NCBI GenBank assembly: GCA_016185105.1
Contig: JACPOE010000012.1
Span: forward strand, 8,471 to 72,470
Length of the DNA: 64,000 nt
Reading direction: 5' to 3'
Source of the DNA: Bdellovibrio sp.
GTDB lineage: Bacteria > Bdellovibrionota > UBA1018
Under the pieces are notes generated by a model that worked only from the letters and a program-made list of their open reading frames with translations, was not told the DNA's origin and made no database searches. This document shows, one piece after another, positions 37,818-49,246 of the stretch. Position 1 is the first letter of the stretch, and the number at the start of each line of letters is the position of its first letter. The position numbers and the translations under genes are program-made.

Positions 37818-40800
37818 AAGGGTAAAATCTCCAGCTGTCCTTTTTTGATTTCGCGAATGGCTTCAACCATCACTCGGGCTGCTGAAAGAACGGTTGTATA
37901 AGGAATTTTTCTCTCTAAGGCCGCCCGTCGAATCGAGAAACTATCTCGAATCGCAATTTCATCAGAGGTGGTGTTTACAACCAAGGCGAAATCCCCTCGA
38001 ATAATAGCCTCGACGCAATGGGGTGAACCTTCACTCACCCTATTGATCCTTGAAACACCCAAATCATATCTATTTAAAAATTCAGCAGTACCCTGAGTTC
38101 CCCAGAGTTGAAAACCTAATTCTTTCAAGCTACGAGCAATGGGTAATACTTCCGCCTTGTCTTCGTTGCGAATCGAAAGAAAAGCCTGACCGGAGCGAGG
38201 AAGTTGCATGCCTGCTGCCATCAAAGCCTTTGCATAAGCCGAAGCGAAAGAATAGCCACGACCGATTACTTCGCCTGTGGACTTCATTTCAGGCCCCAGA
38301 AGAACATCAACTCCTGGAAATTTTCCAAATGGAAACACTGGCATTTTGATATTGTAAGTATTCAACTTTCTATCAAAATCTTCACGAATTCCAAGATCAT
38401 GAAGAGACTTTCCAAGCATCACTTGAACCGCAAGTTTCGCCAAAGGTTTTCCCACGGCCTTGCTTACGAATGGAATCGTGCGAGAAGCTCGCGGATTCAC
38501 TTCAAGAAGGTAGATTCGATCCCCCTGAATGGCGAACTGAACGTTCATCAAGCCTACGACGTTCAAACGCTTTGCTAGCTCTCGTGTGAAAGTCCGGATC
38601 CTCTCTGAAACGTTCACGGGCAAAGCAACTGTCGGAAGGCTGCAGGCACTGTCACCCGAGTGAATCCCCGCTTCTTCAATATGTTCCATGACGCCAGCGA
38701 TGAAGGTCTCCTTACCATCGCTGATCGCATCCACATCGACTTCAATAGCCCGATTTAAAAACCGATCGATTAGAACCGGATGCTCATTACTTAAAGAAAT
38801 TGCCTCGTGAATCCATTGTTCCAGCATGGCTCTGCTATGAACAATTTTCATCCCCTTCCCACCCAACACATAACTAGGTCTCAACAGGACCGGATAACCA
38901 AGCTGCTCTGCCTTTTCGATTGCTTCCTGAGTTGTCCTCGCCAACACGCCCTCAGGTTGTTCCAGACCTAAAGGCTTCAACTCTCGAACGATAGCCTCAC
39001 ATTTTTCACGATCCTCAGCCAGATCGATACTCTTAGGTGAGGTTCCCAAAATTTTCAATCCGCCTTGTTCAAGCGCTTTTGCAATTTTGAGCGGTGTTTG
39101 ACCGCCAAACTGAACGATGGCACCCAGAGGTTTTTCGACCTTTGAGATGTTCAAGACATGTTCCGGCGTAATGGGTTCAAAATAGAGTTTGTCAGAAATG
39201 TCATAATCTGTACTGACTGTTTCTGGGTTTGAATTTACCATGATGGTTTCGATACCCATCGATCTCAGAGCGATGGCAGCGTGGACACAACAGTAATCAA
39301 ACTCGATTCCTTGTCCGATTCGATTGGGACCTCCCCCCAAAATGAGGACTTTAGACTTAGAAGAAATCTTAGATTCGTCAGTCCCTTGGTAGGTACTATA
39401 GAGATACGGAGTCTGAGCCTCAAACTCAGCTGCACAAGTATCCACACTTTGGAAAACACCGTAAACACCAGCGGCTTCACGATCTTTACGAATCTCTTCT
39501 TCTGATCGTTTCAAAAGGCCCGCTACCGCTCGATCAGTCCATCCACTGGCCTTGATCTGGCGCATTTCTGCTGCTGGAAGCGGCCAGCCCTTTAGAATTT
39601 TTTCTTCAGAACTCAGATGTTTTTGAATTCTATTTAAAAACCACGGATCGATTCCCGATCGTTTGGATAACTCGTCGATGGTTGCACCTTTTCGAATTCC
39701 GTCTGCAACCGCCCAAAGGCGTTTCGGATTTCCTTGTTCGATCCAATCCCATCGAATTTCGTTTCCAGCAATTGGCGCCAGCCAAGGTGATCCAACCTCC
39801 AGCCCTGCCACTGCCTTCCCTAAAGACTCTTCGAAGGAACGGCCGATAGCCATCACTTCTCCAACACTCTTCATCTGAGTGCCTAGAATCGGCTCGCTCG
39901 GTCTAAACTTTTCGAAGTCAAATCTGGGAAGCTTAGTCACTACGTAGTCGATACTAGGCTCAAAACTACAAGGAGTAGTTCCGGTAATGTCGTTAGTGAG
40001 CTCGTCTAAGGTATATCCCACGGCTAGCTTTGCGGCGACTCGCGCGATTGGAAAACCTGTCGCTTTTGAAGCCAATGCACTTGATCTTGAGACTCGAGGG
40101 TTCATTTCAATGACAATCACCCGACCCGTTTTCGGATGAACTGCAAATTGAATATTCGAACCGCCAGTTTCAACTCCGATAGCCCGAATGATTCGAATCG
40201 CCTGATCCCGAAGGTTTTGATATTCACGGTCAGTCAGAGTTTGGGCAGGTGCTACCGTGATGCTATCTCCGGTATGAACACCCATAGGGTCAAAGTTTTC
40301 AATGGAACAAATAATAATTACGTTGTCTTTACGGTCCCGAACAACTTCAAGTTCAAACTCTTTCCAACCTGCCAAACTCTCTTCCACCAGAACATCTGAA
40401 GTGGGTGAAAGAAAAAGAGCCCTTTCGAGCTTTTGGAGAAATTCTTTTTCTGTGCTCGCGCTGCCCCCACCCTCTCCCCCGAGAGTAAACGAAGGTCGGA
40501 GAATCAGAGGCAGTCCTAATTCTCTTAAAATTTCTTTTCCATCTTCCAAAGACCGAGCCACTCGACTCCGGGCGCTTTCAACGCCAATTTCGTTCATAAT
40601 AGATTTGAACGTTTCTCGGTCCTCTGCTTTATGAATCGCCTCAGGAGTGGCGCCCAGAATTTCGACATTGTATTTTTTCAAAATTCCGCGCCGATGAGCT
40701 TCCATTGTCAGATTCAGGGCGGTCTGCCCCCCCATTGTTGGAAGTAGAGCCTGCGGGCGCTCTTCGGCAATAATTCGCTCCAAAAACTCTGGAGTCATGG

Positions 40801-40948
40801 GCTCCATATAGACACGATCCGAAAGTTCAGGATCTGTCATGATGGTGGCGGGATTGGAGTTCAAGAGTACTACTTGAAACCCCTCTTCTTTCAGGGCTTT
40901 TAATGCCTGTGTTCCTGAATAATCAAATTCGCAGGCCTGACCGATCAC
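37814..40948 (-). CDS. carB: carbamoyl-phosphate synthase large subunit (5' end anomalous, see findings)
   Basis: [22 protein letters not shown] and two ATP-grasp halves plus the MGS-like C-domain. The first available start is GTG at 40948. Confidence 0.9.
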   Translation of the reverse strand: MIGQACEFDYSGTQALKALKEEGFQVVLLNSNPATIMTDPELSDRVYMEPMTPEFLERIIAEERPQALLPTMGGQTALNLTMEAHRRGILKKYNVEILGATPEAIHKAEDRETFKSIMNEIGVESARSRVARSLEDGKEILRELGLPLILRPSFTLGGEGGGSASTEKEFLQKLERALFLSPTSDVLVEESLAGWKEFELEVVRDRKDNVIIICSIENFDPMGVHTGDSITVAPAQTLTDREYQNLRDQAIRIIRAIGVETGGSNIQFAVHPKTGRVIVIEMNPRVSRSSALASKATGFPIARVAAKLAVGYTLDELTNDITGTTPCSFEPSIDYVVTKLPRFDFEKFRPSEPILGTQMKSVGEVMAIGRSFEESLGKAVAGLEVGSPWLAPIAGNEIRWDWIEQGNPKRLWAVADGIRKGATIDELSKRSGIDPWFLNRIQKHLSSEEKILKGWPLPAAEMRQIKASGWTDRAVAGLLKRSEEEIRKDREAAGVYGVFQSVDTCAAEFEAQTPYLYSTYQGTDESKISSKSKVLILGGGPNRIGQGIEFDYCCVHAAIALRSMGIETIMVNSNPETVSTDYDISDKLYFEPITPEHVLNISKVEKPLGAIVQFGGQTPLKIAKALEQGGLKILGTSPKSIDLAEDREKCEAIVRELKPLGLEQPEGVLARTTQEAIEKAEQLGYPVLLRPSYVLGGKGMKIVHSRAMLEQWIHEAISLSNEHPVLIDRFLNRAIEVDVDAISDGKETFIAGVMEHIEEAGIHSGDSACSLPTVALPVNVSERIRTFTRELAKRLNVVGLMNVQFAIQGDRIYLLEVNPRASRTIPFVSKAVGKPLAKLAVQVMLGKSLHDLGIREDFDRKLNTYNIKMPVFPFGKFPGVDVLLGPEMKSTGEVIGRGYSFASAYAKALMAAGMQLPRSGQAFLSIRNEDKAEVLPIARSLKELGFQLWGTQGTAEFLNRYDLGVSRINRVSEGSPHCVEAIIRGDFALVVNTTSDEIAIRDSFSIRRAALERKIPYTTVLSAARVMVEAIREIKKGQLEILPL

Positions 40949-41580
40949 GATCGGTCCGCTACCGATGAGGAGGATTTTCTGAACGTATCATTATAGATCC
41001 GGACCGCATTGCCAATATGAATCTCGTTCGTCTTCAGCAAACTGAGCCCGTAAATCAAAGCATTTGCCGCAAGCGCAATCCCTCCAAAAACAATGTAGCC
41101 CCCTGGTTTAATGGCACCCGTTGCTGGGTCAAATAAGGGCTGGCTGACAAAGCCGCCCAAAATTGCAGAGACTACACCACCGGTGCCAACATAAGCGGCA
41201 AGACGGACATTCTTATTCGCCCGTTGATACGCGTCAAGCTCTGCGATCGCTGCCGGCACATCCCTCATAATCGGACGCAACATCTCGGCATCGCCTCCTA
41301 GCTGGGAATCGCATTCAATTTTCTTGCCCCCATAAACAAAATACCTCTCACAGTGAGGCAAGTTGGGTGGAATGCGTTCAGTCAACTCGGGCGGGGCGCT
41401 CGGCTTCTTGGGAATGTCTCTTTCTTCTTTTTCATACGAGGGCTTAGGAACAAGTGCCTCAGGTTTAGCAGGGGGAGTTTCCAAAGCCCAGGACACGTTA
41501 CAGGTCCAGCTCAAAGCAACCACGATACCAATCTGGGGCAAAAAACGAATTTTAAATGGGAAGCTCCTCGGCTTTAGCAT
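40945..41580 (-). CDS. hypothetical secreted protein
   Basis: Signal peptide after MLKPRSF. The C-terminal 20 codons overlap the expected carB N-terminus in another frame. Confidence 0.45.
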   Translation of the reverse strand: MLKPRSFPFKIRFLPQIGIVVALSWTCNVSWALETPPAKPEALVPKPSYEKEERDIPKKPSAPPELTERIPPNLPHCERYFVYGGKKIECDSQLGGDAEMLRPIMRDVPAAIAELDAYQRANKNVRLAAYVGTGGVVSAILGGFVSQPLFDPATGAIKPGGYIVFGGIALAANALIYGLSLLKTNEIHIGNAVRIYNDTFRKSSSSVADRS

Positions 41581-41658
41581 TTCCCCATTAATCCCATAAT
41601 TCCATTGACCTCTGCAATCGGATTCAGGCAATCAAATGCCATTAAATAGGAAAAACCT

Positions 41659-42594
41659 GTGACCGATACCTCTCCTTTTTTGGGTCAGTTTCTAAACAAG
41701 CTGTTTCAGGAATACAATCACGCAAAATACCTGGATTCAGATCCATTGGAATTTGCCCATCGCTATTCAGATCCTTGGGACCAAGAAGCAGTAGCATTGA
41801 CCGCCTCTTTGCTTGCCTATGGAAATGTGAAGACCATCCGCCAATCTGTTCAAGCCGTCCTCGATCGAATCTCTTCTTTAGCCTCCTCCCCGAAGATTTT
41901 TATTAAGAATCAATCGGATCCAAAATTTGCGGCAAAAACCAATCGAACCTTCGCCAACTGGGTTCACCGCTTTAATACCGGCGCAGATATGACGCAGCTA
42001 TTCCTACTTTTAAATGAAAGTTGGAAAAAATACGGATCCCTGGGCAACCATTTTCTCTCTTATTCCGAGCCTGAACACGAAGACATCGGGATCGCTTCTG
42101 AAAAACTAATAGAAAACTGGCGAACCAGTCCAACCCGTCGTGGATTTCAATTTCTACTTGCCTCTCCCTCAGATGGAAGCTGCTGCAAACGTTGGTGTAT
42201 GTTTTTGCGGTGGATGATTCGGAAGGATGGAATAGACCTCGGCCTCTGGGCCACTGGCAGTCCCCTTCTGACCTCCCCCGTGCGAGCGATGACACCGAGT
42301 CAGTTGATTATGCCCTTAGACACCCACACGGCGCGGATCAGCCAATATCTTGGCCTGACTCGCCGTCGAACTTTTAACTGGAAAACAGCGCAGGAAGTTA
42401 CCCAAAATCTTAAAACTGTGGACCCGACCGATCCGACCCGATATGATTTTGCTCTTTCCAGGCTTGGTATTTTGGATATTTGCCGACGCTCGTACCGTGA
42501 GGAGATCTGCAATCGATGTCAACTACTACCCGTATGCAAATTCGCTCAAGATTCATTGAAACGCTCCAGCCCAAAAAAGTTGAAAAAGGCCTGA
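41659..42594 (+). CDS. DUF2400 (TIGR02757-like) family protein
   Basis: The N-terminal block YLDSDPLEFAHRYSDPWDQEAVALTASLLAYGNV resembles that family. Confidence 0.45.
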   Translation: MTDTSPFLGQFLNKLFQEYNHAKYLDSDPLEFAHRYSDPWDQEAVALTASLLAYGNVKTIRQSVQAVLDRISSLASSPKIFIKNQSDPKFAAKTNRTFANWVHRFNTGADMTQLFLLLNESWKKYGSLGNHFLSYSEPEHEDIGIASEKLIENWRTSPTRRGFQFLLASPSDGSCCKRWCMFLRWMIRKDGIDLGLWATGSPLLTSPVRAMTPSQLIMPLDTHTARISQYLGLTRRRTFNWKTAQEVTQNLKTVDPTDPTRYDFALSRLGILDICRRSYREEICNRCQLLPVCKFAQDSLKRSSPKKLKKA

Positions 42595-43772
42595 AGATTG
42601 CCTTCTTGATTTATGGAATCTGTTCTCTTCTCTCCATGGCGGCCATGAGCGTCGGAGCAGCTCTTCTGTTTGTCATGATTCTTCTCTCGACTTCGAGTTT
42701 TCAAGAGTGGAAGCACGAAGTTAAGAAGCCGTTCTCAAGACGGGTCCTTACCTGGAGTCTGTTACTTTTTTTCTGCGTTTTGATCAGTTTAATTTCGGCG
42801 ATCTTTTTTCCATTGGAATATTCGCACCAACATTCTGAAGTTCATTTTTTTAAGGATCTGACTAAGTGCTGGTATTTTTTCTGGCCCCTAATTCTTGTTG
42901 TGGGCCTACGTCGGCTAACCGAACGGAGCCAAGACCAAGTCCTAAATACATGGATCGGGGCCTTTGCCATTTTATCCGTAATAGGTATTTTGCAGTACTT
43001 CACTGCTTGGCCGCGAGGACAGGGGATTCCTGGTGAACCCACGCACTACCACACAACCTTGTTTTTAGGACACCATTTGTCGGTCGCGAGCATTTTGATT
43101 TTTCCATTTTTTATCGCGTTAGATCGAGCCTGGCTTTTTAGAAAGACCCCGAAAAAGAAACTCTTCTATGGACTCGCCGCAGCGCTTGGGGCCGGTGCGC
43201 TCTACTTCACTTATTCAAGAACCCTTTGGATGGCCCTTCCCATCGGAATTCTGGTCTGGGTGATTTGGCGCCTCCCCAAAAAATGGGCTATCGCAACCGT
43301 TTTAGTGGCCGTTCTTGGAGTAATTGGAGCTACACAGTATCCTCCGATAGCCCAAAGAATCCACACTTCGATGGGAATCGGTGATCGTCGAACCCTTTGG
43401 GCTGCTAATTGGGAGTTTTTTCTAAGCCGTCCTCTTACTGGGGTGGGATGGCGCCATAACCACGAACTCTCCGGGTTCTACCTTATGGAAAAAATGAATA
43501 CTAAGGATGTATTTGCGGGACACGCTCACAATAATTTCTTAGATGTTCTGGGTGGAATGGGCCTTTTCGGTGCAATCTCCTGGCTCGGTTGGTGTCTTGT
43601 GACCCTCTGGGCTGGAGCCCGTAAGAGAGTGAGTGGTATCACTTCCGGGCTGAACGCTGGATGGGTCTGCGCATGGCTGGTTTTTCACCTCAATGGATTA
43701 ACTCAGGTGAATTTTTGGGAAGCAAAAGTTCAACATCAAATTGCATGGATCGTAGCATGGACACTGCTCTAA
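42534..43772 (+). CDS. O-antigen ligase (Wzy_C/WaaL-like) family membrane protein
   Basis: About 10 transmembrane segments, a periplasmic loop with YSRTLWMAL, and the HAHNNFLDVL (H.HN.YL) motif. Confidence 0.65.
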   Translation: MQIRSRFIETLQPKKVEKGLKIAFLIYGICSLLSMAAMSVGAALLFVMILLSTSSFQEWKHEVKKPFSRRVLTWSLLLFFCVLISLISAIFFPLEYSHQHSEVHFFKDLTKCWYFFWPLILVVGLRRLTERSQDQVLNTWIGAFAILSVIGILQYFTAWPRGQGIPGEPTHYHTTLFLGHHLSVASILIFPFFIALDRAWLFRKTPKKKLFYGLAAALGAGALYFTYSRTLWMALPIGILVWVIWRLPKKWAIATVLVAVLGVIGATQYPPIAQRIHTSMGIGDRRTLWAANWEFFLSRPLTGVGWRHNHELSGFYLMEKMNTKDVFAGHAHNNFLDVLGGMGLFGAISWLGWCLVTLWAGARKRVSGITSGLNAGWVCAWLVFHLNGLTQVNFWEAKVQHQIAWIVAWTLL

Positions 43773-44887
43773 ATACCAATCAAGTCCCCACGATCGTGAT
43801 CGACGCGCGAATGGCACAGGCTATGAATCACGGAATTGCGAAGTACGTGAGCCTGATGGCTCAAGGACTTGCCCTTTGCCAGAAGAAAAAAAATCTCGGG
43901 TACCAACCCGTTTTTTTAGTGAACTCGAACTCCAGCAAAAACTTTTTCTCTTTCGACACTGTTCAGGTGCATTCGCGTTTTTTAAGTCCCAGCGAAATCT
44001 TTGAAATTCCAAGCGTTCTAAAACGGGTCGGAGCGGCGGCTTATCATTCACCGTCCTTTTCTAGTCTTTGGTCTTGTCCAGTTCCGTATTTAATTACAAT
44101 TCATGACCTAATCCACCTCCGCTACGGTTCCTTTACCGATCGGCTCTATTATCGGTTTTTACTCAAGCCTTTTGCCAAAAAGGCCAAACAAATTGTAACC
44201 GTTTCGGATTTCTCAAAAAAAGAACTGTCAACTTGGCTAGAAGTGCCTGAGGAAAAAATTAAAGTCGTGTGGAATGCCCTGGAAGACAAGGTCGAGTCAG
44301 GAACAGCTCGTTCTGATTTTTTTAAGAATCGGAATTTACAGCCTGGACGGTACTTTATCTGCCTGGGAAATCAGAAACCCCACAAGAACTTGGAGCTTCT
44401 TTTCAGCGCTTATCAGGACTACCGGCAAGAATGTGTCAAAAAAAATATCGACCCTTGGCCCCTCGTCGTGACTCTCCCCGAAGAATCCCTAAGAATCAAA
44501 ACTCAGGGAATCCTCCCCTCTGGGAAGCTCCCTTCTTCTCAGATCGCAGAACTCTTGAAAAAAGCGGGTGGTCTTCTCTCCCCGTCGCTCCAAGAGGGAT
44601 TTGGACTACCCCCCACGGAAGCGGCCGCAGAAGGAGTCTCTCTAGCCGTGTCGGATATCCCACCCCACCGCGAAGCCCTCATAGACCTCAGTCCGTCCGA
44701 GGCACTCTGGGTACCCCCAACCGAAAAAAGCAGATGGACTCAAGCTTTCGAAATCTTACATCAAAAAGGCATCACTCCCCCTTCGTCGGAAAGCCAGAGG
44801 AAAATCCGTGAAAGGTTCAGTATCAAGAGAATCGGAGAGGATATGGACCAGCTTTATGGTTCCGTGTTAGGACTGAAACCATCATGA
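43742..44887 (+). CDS. glycosyltransferase family 4 (GT-B)
   Basis: The C-terminal EX7E region EGFGLPPTEAAAEGVSLAVSD is present. The start is uncertain (43661-43775). Confidence 0.7.
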   Translation, partial: CMDRSMDTALNTNQVPTIVIDARMAQAMNHGIAKYVSLMAQGLALCQKKKNLGYQPVFLVNSNSSKNFFSFDTVQVHSRFLSPSEIFEIPSVLKRVGAAAYHSPSFSSLWSCPVPYLITIHDLIHLRYGSFTDRLYYRFLLKPFAKKAKQIVTVSDFSKKELSTWLEVPEEKIKVVWNALEDKVESGTARSDFFKNRNLQPGRYFICLGNQKPHKNLELLFSAYQDYRQECVKKNIDPWPLVVTLPEESLRIKTQGILPSGKLPSSQIAELLKKAGGLLSPSLQEGFGLPPTEAAAEGVSLAVSDIPPHREALIDLSPSEALWVPPTEKSRWTQAFEILHQKGITPPSSESQRKIRERFSIKRIGEDMDQLYGSVLGLKPS

Positions 44888-45837
44888 AACACATCATTAT
44901 TACCGGCGGAGCTGGGTTTATTGGATCTCACTTGTGCGAAGCATTTTTGAACTCCGGTTTCGCAGTAACGGCGATCGATAATCTGGTTACCGGTCGAAAA
45001 GAAAATCTAAAAGCCTTACAGGCAAACCCTGCTTTTCATCTTCTGGTTCATGATGTTTCCCTCCCTTTCGACGAAGACCAGATTCCTGGGTTAAATCGGC
45101 ATGGACTTCATGGAATTCTACATTTTGCCTGTCCTGCAAGCCCGGTGGATTTCGAAAAAATTCCGATTGAAATTTTGAAAGTAGACTCGCTGGGTACGAT
45201 TCACACCGTGGATCTGGCTTTGAAGTACCGCAGCAGGTATCTTTTGGCCTCGACGTCCGAAATTTATGGCGACCCGCTCGTCCACCCACAACCTGAGACT
45301 TACTGGGGCAACGTGAATACCATCGGCCCCAGAGCTTGTTATGACGAGACCAAGCGCTTTGCCGAAGCCTATGTTTCTACAGCGGCAAGGTATAAAAACT
45401 TAAACGCAGGCATTGTCAGAATCTTTAATACCTATGGCCCGCGAATGCGACTAGACGACGGCAGAATCGTGCCCGAGCTCTGCAGACAAGCTTTGCGAGG
45501 GGAACCTATGACGATTCATGGCACGGGACTCCAGACCAGAAGTTTCTGTTACGTCTCTGATCTAGTGGACGGAATCGTGCGCCTTTTCAATAGCCAGGTG
45601 AATGTGCCTGTTAACCTCGGGAACCCGGTTGAAAGAACTCTTCTGGAATTCGCCACTGTTCTACAAAAAATTACTGGATCAACCACCGCAGTTCAACACC
45701 TCCCAGCCAGAGAAGACGACCCGAAGAGACGCTGCCCGGATATTCAACGCGCCCGTACCCTTTTGGGTTGGAGCCCAAGTGTAGATCTAGAACAAGGGCT
45801 TCAGTTGAGCCTGGATTACTTTCAGTCTGTTCTCTAA
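44884..45837 (+). CDS. NAD-dependent epimerase/dehydratase, UDP-glucuronate decarboxylase (UXS)-like
   Basis: GGAGFIGSHL and the catalytic YDETKRFAE (YxxxK) are present. The overall pattern is UXS/ArnA-like. Confidence 0.7.
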   Translation: MKHIIITGGAGFIGSHLCEAFLNSGFAVTAIDNLVTGRKENLKALQANPAFHLLVHDVSLPFDEDQIPGLNRHGLHGILHFACPASPVDFEKIPIEILKVDSLGTIHTVDLALKYRSRYLLASTSEIYGDPLVHPQPETYWGNVNTIGPRACYDETKRFAEAYVSTAARYKNLNAGIVRIFNTYGPRMRLDDGRIVPELCRQALRGEPMTIHGTGLQTRSFCYVSDLVDGIVRLFNSQVNVPVNLGNPVERTLLEFATVLQKITGSTTAVQHLPAREDDPKRRCPDIQRARTLLGWSPSVDLEQGLQLSLDYFQSVL

Positions 45838-45848
45838 GGACGCCCTAG

Positions 45849-47000
45849 ATGAGAAAGCCAATCAAAACCGCATTGATTCATGACTGGCTTACAGGAATGC
45901 GGGGAGGCGAGTACGTACTCGAGGCGATTGCAGAACTATTTCCAAGGCCGGATTTATTTACCCTCCTTTATGTACCCGGAAAAATTTCGCCAACTTTGAC
46001 AACTCTGAAAAGACGAACTAGCTGGCTTCAAAAGGTTCCTGGCGCTGAGAAAAGGTACCGTCACTTCCTGCCCTTCATGCCAGGGATGATTGAAAAATTC
46101 GATTTAACCGGCTACGACCTTATCATTTCCTCTTCTCACTGCGTTGCTAAGGGGATCCAAAAGCCGGAAGGTTCAGTACACGTCAGCTATATTCATGCGC
46201 CGATGCGGTACATGTGGGATCGGTACGAAGATTACTTCGGCGCCGGACGATCCTCGGTATGGGTACGAGCAGCCGCCCGCTGGGTTCGCCCCCGCCTTCA
46301 GAAATGGGATCGTGAAGCCAGTTCAGAACAGCGAATCGATAAACTCATCGCGAATAGCCAGTACATTGCTGATCAAATTGAACAAAATTACGGACGAAAG
46401 GCAGAGGTGATTCACCCTTTCGCCAATCTAGAACGTTTCGCTCAAGCTAGAAGCCCCGGAAAAAATTATTTCATGGTAACCGCCTTTGCTCCTTACAAAA
46501 GAGTGGACATAGCAATTGAGGCTTTCAACCGAATGAAGCTTCCTCTTTTGATCGTAGGATCTGGACAAGACCAGGCAAGACTTAAAAAACTCGCCGGGCC
46601 CACGGTTGAATTTTTAGGCAGTCTTTCCAATTCTGCCATTGCTGATCTTTATTCAAAATGCAGGGCCTTTATATTCCCAGGTGTTGAAGATTTTGGGATT
46701 ACCCCTTTGGAAGCAATGGCCTCGGGCGCTCCGGTAATTGCGTTTAAAGAGGGTGGCGTCACCGAAACAGTCACAGAAAAGACTGGGATTTTCTTCCATC
46801 CACAGTCGGTAGAATCGTTGATGCAAGCCGTCTCGAAACTTGAGGCAGAACCCCTATCCTTTTCGGATGCGGAGTGTCGAAAGAGAGCTGCGGAATTCTC
46901 AAAGACTGCTTTTCAAACCCGCTTTAAACAAGCTGTAATTAATGCATGGAGCCAAGCTGGAAAGCCCCTGGACGACCTGAACTCTATCCTGTTAATTTAA
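45849..47000 (+). CDS. glycosyltransferase family 4
   Basis: EDFGITPLEAMASGAPVIA is a GT4 C-terminal motif. Confidence 0.7.
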   Translation: MRKPIKTALIHDWLTGMRGGEYVLEAIAELFPRPDLFTLLYVPGKISPTLTTLKRRTSWLQKVPGAEKRYRHFLPFMPGMIEKFDLTGYDLIISSSHCVAKGIQKPEGSVHVSYIHAPMRYMWDRYEDYFGAGRSSVWVRAAARWVRPRLQKWDREASSEQRIDKLIANSQYIADQIEQNYGRKAEVIHPFANLERFAQARSPGKNYFMVTAFAPYKRVDIAIEAFNRMKLPLLIVGSGQDQARLKKLAGPTVEFLGSLSNSAIADLYSKCRAFIFPGVEDFGITPLEAMASGAPVIAFKEGGVTETVTEKTGIFFHPQSVESLMQAVSKLEAEPLSFSDAECRKRAAEFSKTAFQTRFKQAVINAWSQAGKPLDDLNSILLI

Positions 47001-47030
47001 CCTAGAGCACCAAATTTCAAGGGGGGATTC

Positions 47031-47597
47031 ATGTCAGAGCTTGAAGCACCAACTGAAGCTATCAGTGAAGAGCTACACCATCGCGCCCACGAGGCAATCC
47101 ATCACGAGAGCAATAGCGATCGACTGGGGGCTCGCTGGATTTCTCAGGTCGCCCTAAGCTCGGCGGTTATTGCGGTTCTTGCTGCAATTGCGGCCATGGT
47201 CGGAAACCATGATGCAAATGAAGCAATGATGAAACAAATTCAGGCATCCGATCAGTGGAGCTACTACCAAGCTAAAAGCATCAAAGCGACCGTGCTGAAT
47301 AATAAGATGGAAATCATGGAGGCCTTGGGCAAACCGGTCTCGACCCTCGATAAACAAAAGATAGCGGAATATAAACGCGAACAAGAAGACATTGCAGACA
47401 ATGCGCAGGAGAATGAGAAAGAAGCAACTTTCCGGCTCCATAGGCATGTGATTTTCTCCAGAGCCGTCACTCTCTTCCAAATCGCAATTGCCACGGCCGC
47501 GATAGCGGTACTAGCCCGTCGCAAATTAATTTGGCACTTTGGCCTGGGCTTTTCCCTACTCGGTGCAGTGTTTCTGGCGCAAGGATTTCTTACTTAA
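47031..47597 (+). CDS. DUF4337-like membrane protein
   Basis: An N-terminal helical region, then QASDQWSYYQAKSIK, then a C-terminal transmembrane segment, as in DUF4337. Confidence 0.4.
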   Translation: MSELEAPTEAISEELHHRAHEAIHHESNSDRLGARWISQVALSSAVIAVLAAIAAMVGNHDANEAMMKQIQASDQWSYYQAKSIKATVLNNKMEIMEALGKPVSTLDKQKIAEYKREQEDIADNAQENEKEATFRLHRHVIFSRAVTLFQIAIATAAIAVLARRKLIWHFGLGFSLLGAVFLAQGFLT

Positions 47598-47601
47598 AGG
47601 G

Positions 47602-48558
47602 CTAGAGGCTTAACATCTTTAGCAGCGATTTTTCTCGGGCGGCGAGCTCTTTGTGCTCGAGCTTCATCAGCCGGTGAAAACTGAAATCTTCGACAGTAAA
47701 ACTGGCCATTACACAACCAGCAACCACTGCCTGTCTCAAAAGGTGGTCCCATTTTTCTGGGTTTTCCTCAGCCATTTCTCTGGTTACGCCGGCGTTGGCA
47801 AGGAAGCCCATGAAAGCTCCTGCAAAGCTGTCACCTGCTCCAGTTGGATCAACTACGTGGTCAACAGGAAAGGAAGGAGCAATAAACACGCCCGATTCAG
47901 TGACTAGCATCGCCCCGTATTCCCCACGTTTTACAACAACTACGGAAGGACCCATTTTTCGGATTTTGCGAGCAGCTTTAAGAATATTTTTCTCGTCGGT
48001 CAGGAGATAGGCTTCGCCTTCATTGACGGAAAGAATGTCAACTCTACGCAATAAGCTTTTCAATTCCGCAGGCTTGCCTGTAATCCAGAAATTCATACTA
48101 TCGCAGGCGACCAGCTTGGGGGCCTTCATCTGATCCAAGACACTGTTCTGAAGAACAGGATCAATATTTGCTAAAAAGACATAAGGAACGTCGCGATGTT
48201 TTTCGCTGAGTTTGGGATCAAAATGTTCAAAGACGTTCAGTGCTGTTGAAAGAGTCTTAGCTTCGTTCAGATTCTGGTCGTAGGACCCAACCCAATGAAA
48301 AGTCTTGCCATGAACAACTTTGATTCCGGTGACATCGACGCCCCTACCGCTCAACCATGTTAAATGGGATTTCGGAAAGTCATCGCCAACCACGCCTACA
48401 ACCTCGATCGGACAATAAAATGCGGCTGCTATTGAAAAATAGTTTCCGGAACCGCCTAGCACCGATTCAGCCTTCCCACTGGGGGTTTGAATCGTGTCAA
48501 AAGCAACCGAACCGACCGTCAAAATCGAAGTTTTTTCTTTTTTCATTAGGTTTAACAA
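47602..48558 (-). CDS. PfkB-family carbohydrate kinase
   Basis: VDPTGAGDSFAGAFMG (PfkB signature 2) plus an N-terminal GG motif. Confidence 0.75.
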   Translation of the reverse strand: MLNLMKKEKTSILTVGSVAFDTIQTPSGKAESVLGGSGNYFSIAAAFYCPIEVVGVVGDDFPKSHLTWLSGRGVDVTGIKVVHGKTFHWVGSYDQNLNEAKTLSTALNVFEHFDPKLSEKHRDVPYVFLANIDPVLQNSVLDQMKAPKLVACDSMNFWITGKPAELKSLLRRVDILSVNEGEAYLLTDEKNILKAARKIRKMGPSVVVVKRGEYGAMLVTESGVFIAPSFPVDHVVDPTGAGDSFAGAFMGFLANAGVTREMAEENPEKWDHLLRQAVVAGCVMASFTVEDFSFHRLMKLEHKELAAREKSLLKMLSL

Positions 48559-48598
48559 ACTGACATTTCACACCCCTTGAGTCAAGAGGGGGCATCTC

Positions 48599-49198
48599 CT
48601 AAAACCGAAATTCACGCGGATCCGACACCTTTGGCCTGACTTTTTTTCCTTGAGGTGGTGGAGGGTTCCGCCTTTTTTTAAGCCAGGCATCTGCTTTTTC
48701 AAGACCGAGCCACCCTGACCCCATCGCAACCCAGTCTTTCGGCCTTTCCTGGCAATTTCGACAGAAAGCGGAAAACCCACTGTCCTGAGTTTCCTGACTT
48801 ACAAGGTAGACCCAATTTCCGGATTCAGTGACCCAGAAAACTCCCTCATCTTCTAGACTTACAGGTAAATCCTTCTGAATTCTGGCTATTCTTGCCGGAT
48901 CTTTCATATTTTGGAGTCCGTGAAAACTCAGAACCCACTGAGTGACTTTTGCGCTCGGCCAATGAGTCTTGTACCAATTTTCTTCCGCCTCCACCTGAGC
49001 CTGATCGCTTGCGGCCTTGCCTAGGACGCAGGCAAGCAGAATAAGACAAACACTGGTTATCGCGCGAGACCACTGGGCCCAAAAAGGCGATGCTCTGAGA
49101 CCCCTGAGTTTTTCCAAAGGTAGTTCCGATAGAGAGCTCGTTCTTTTTGCAACAGACCTGCCAAGACCGCCAAAAAACCGGTTGAAAGTACTACCCAC
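48599..49198 (-). CDS. hypothetical membrane-anchored protein (possible pilus-associated)
   Basis: A single transmembrane segment AITSVCLILLACVLG. Co-directional with the flp/tadE-like genes. Weak call. Confidence 0.3.
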   Translation of the reverse strand: MGSTFNRFFGGLGRSVAKRTSSLSELPLEKLRGLRASPFWAQWSRAITSVCLILLACVLGKAASDQAQVEAEENWYKTHWPSAKVTQWVLSFHGLQNMKDPARIARIQKDLPVSLEDEGVFWVTESGNWVYLVSQETQDSGFSAFCRNCQERPKDWVAMGSGWLGLEKADAWLKKRRNPPPPQGKKVRPKVSDPREFRF

Positions 49199-49246
49199 AA
49201 AATCACCTCAAAAAGAGCTTGCCCCGAGCTTTCTCGAACAACCCGG

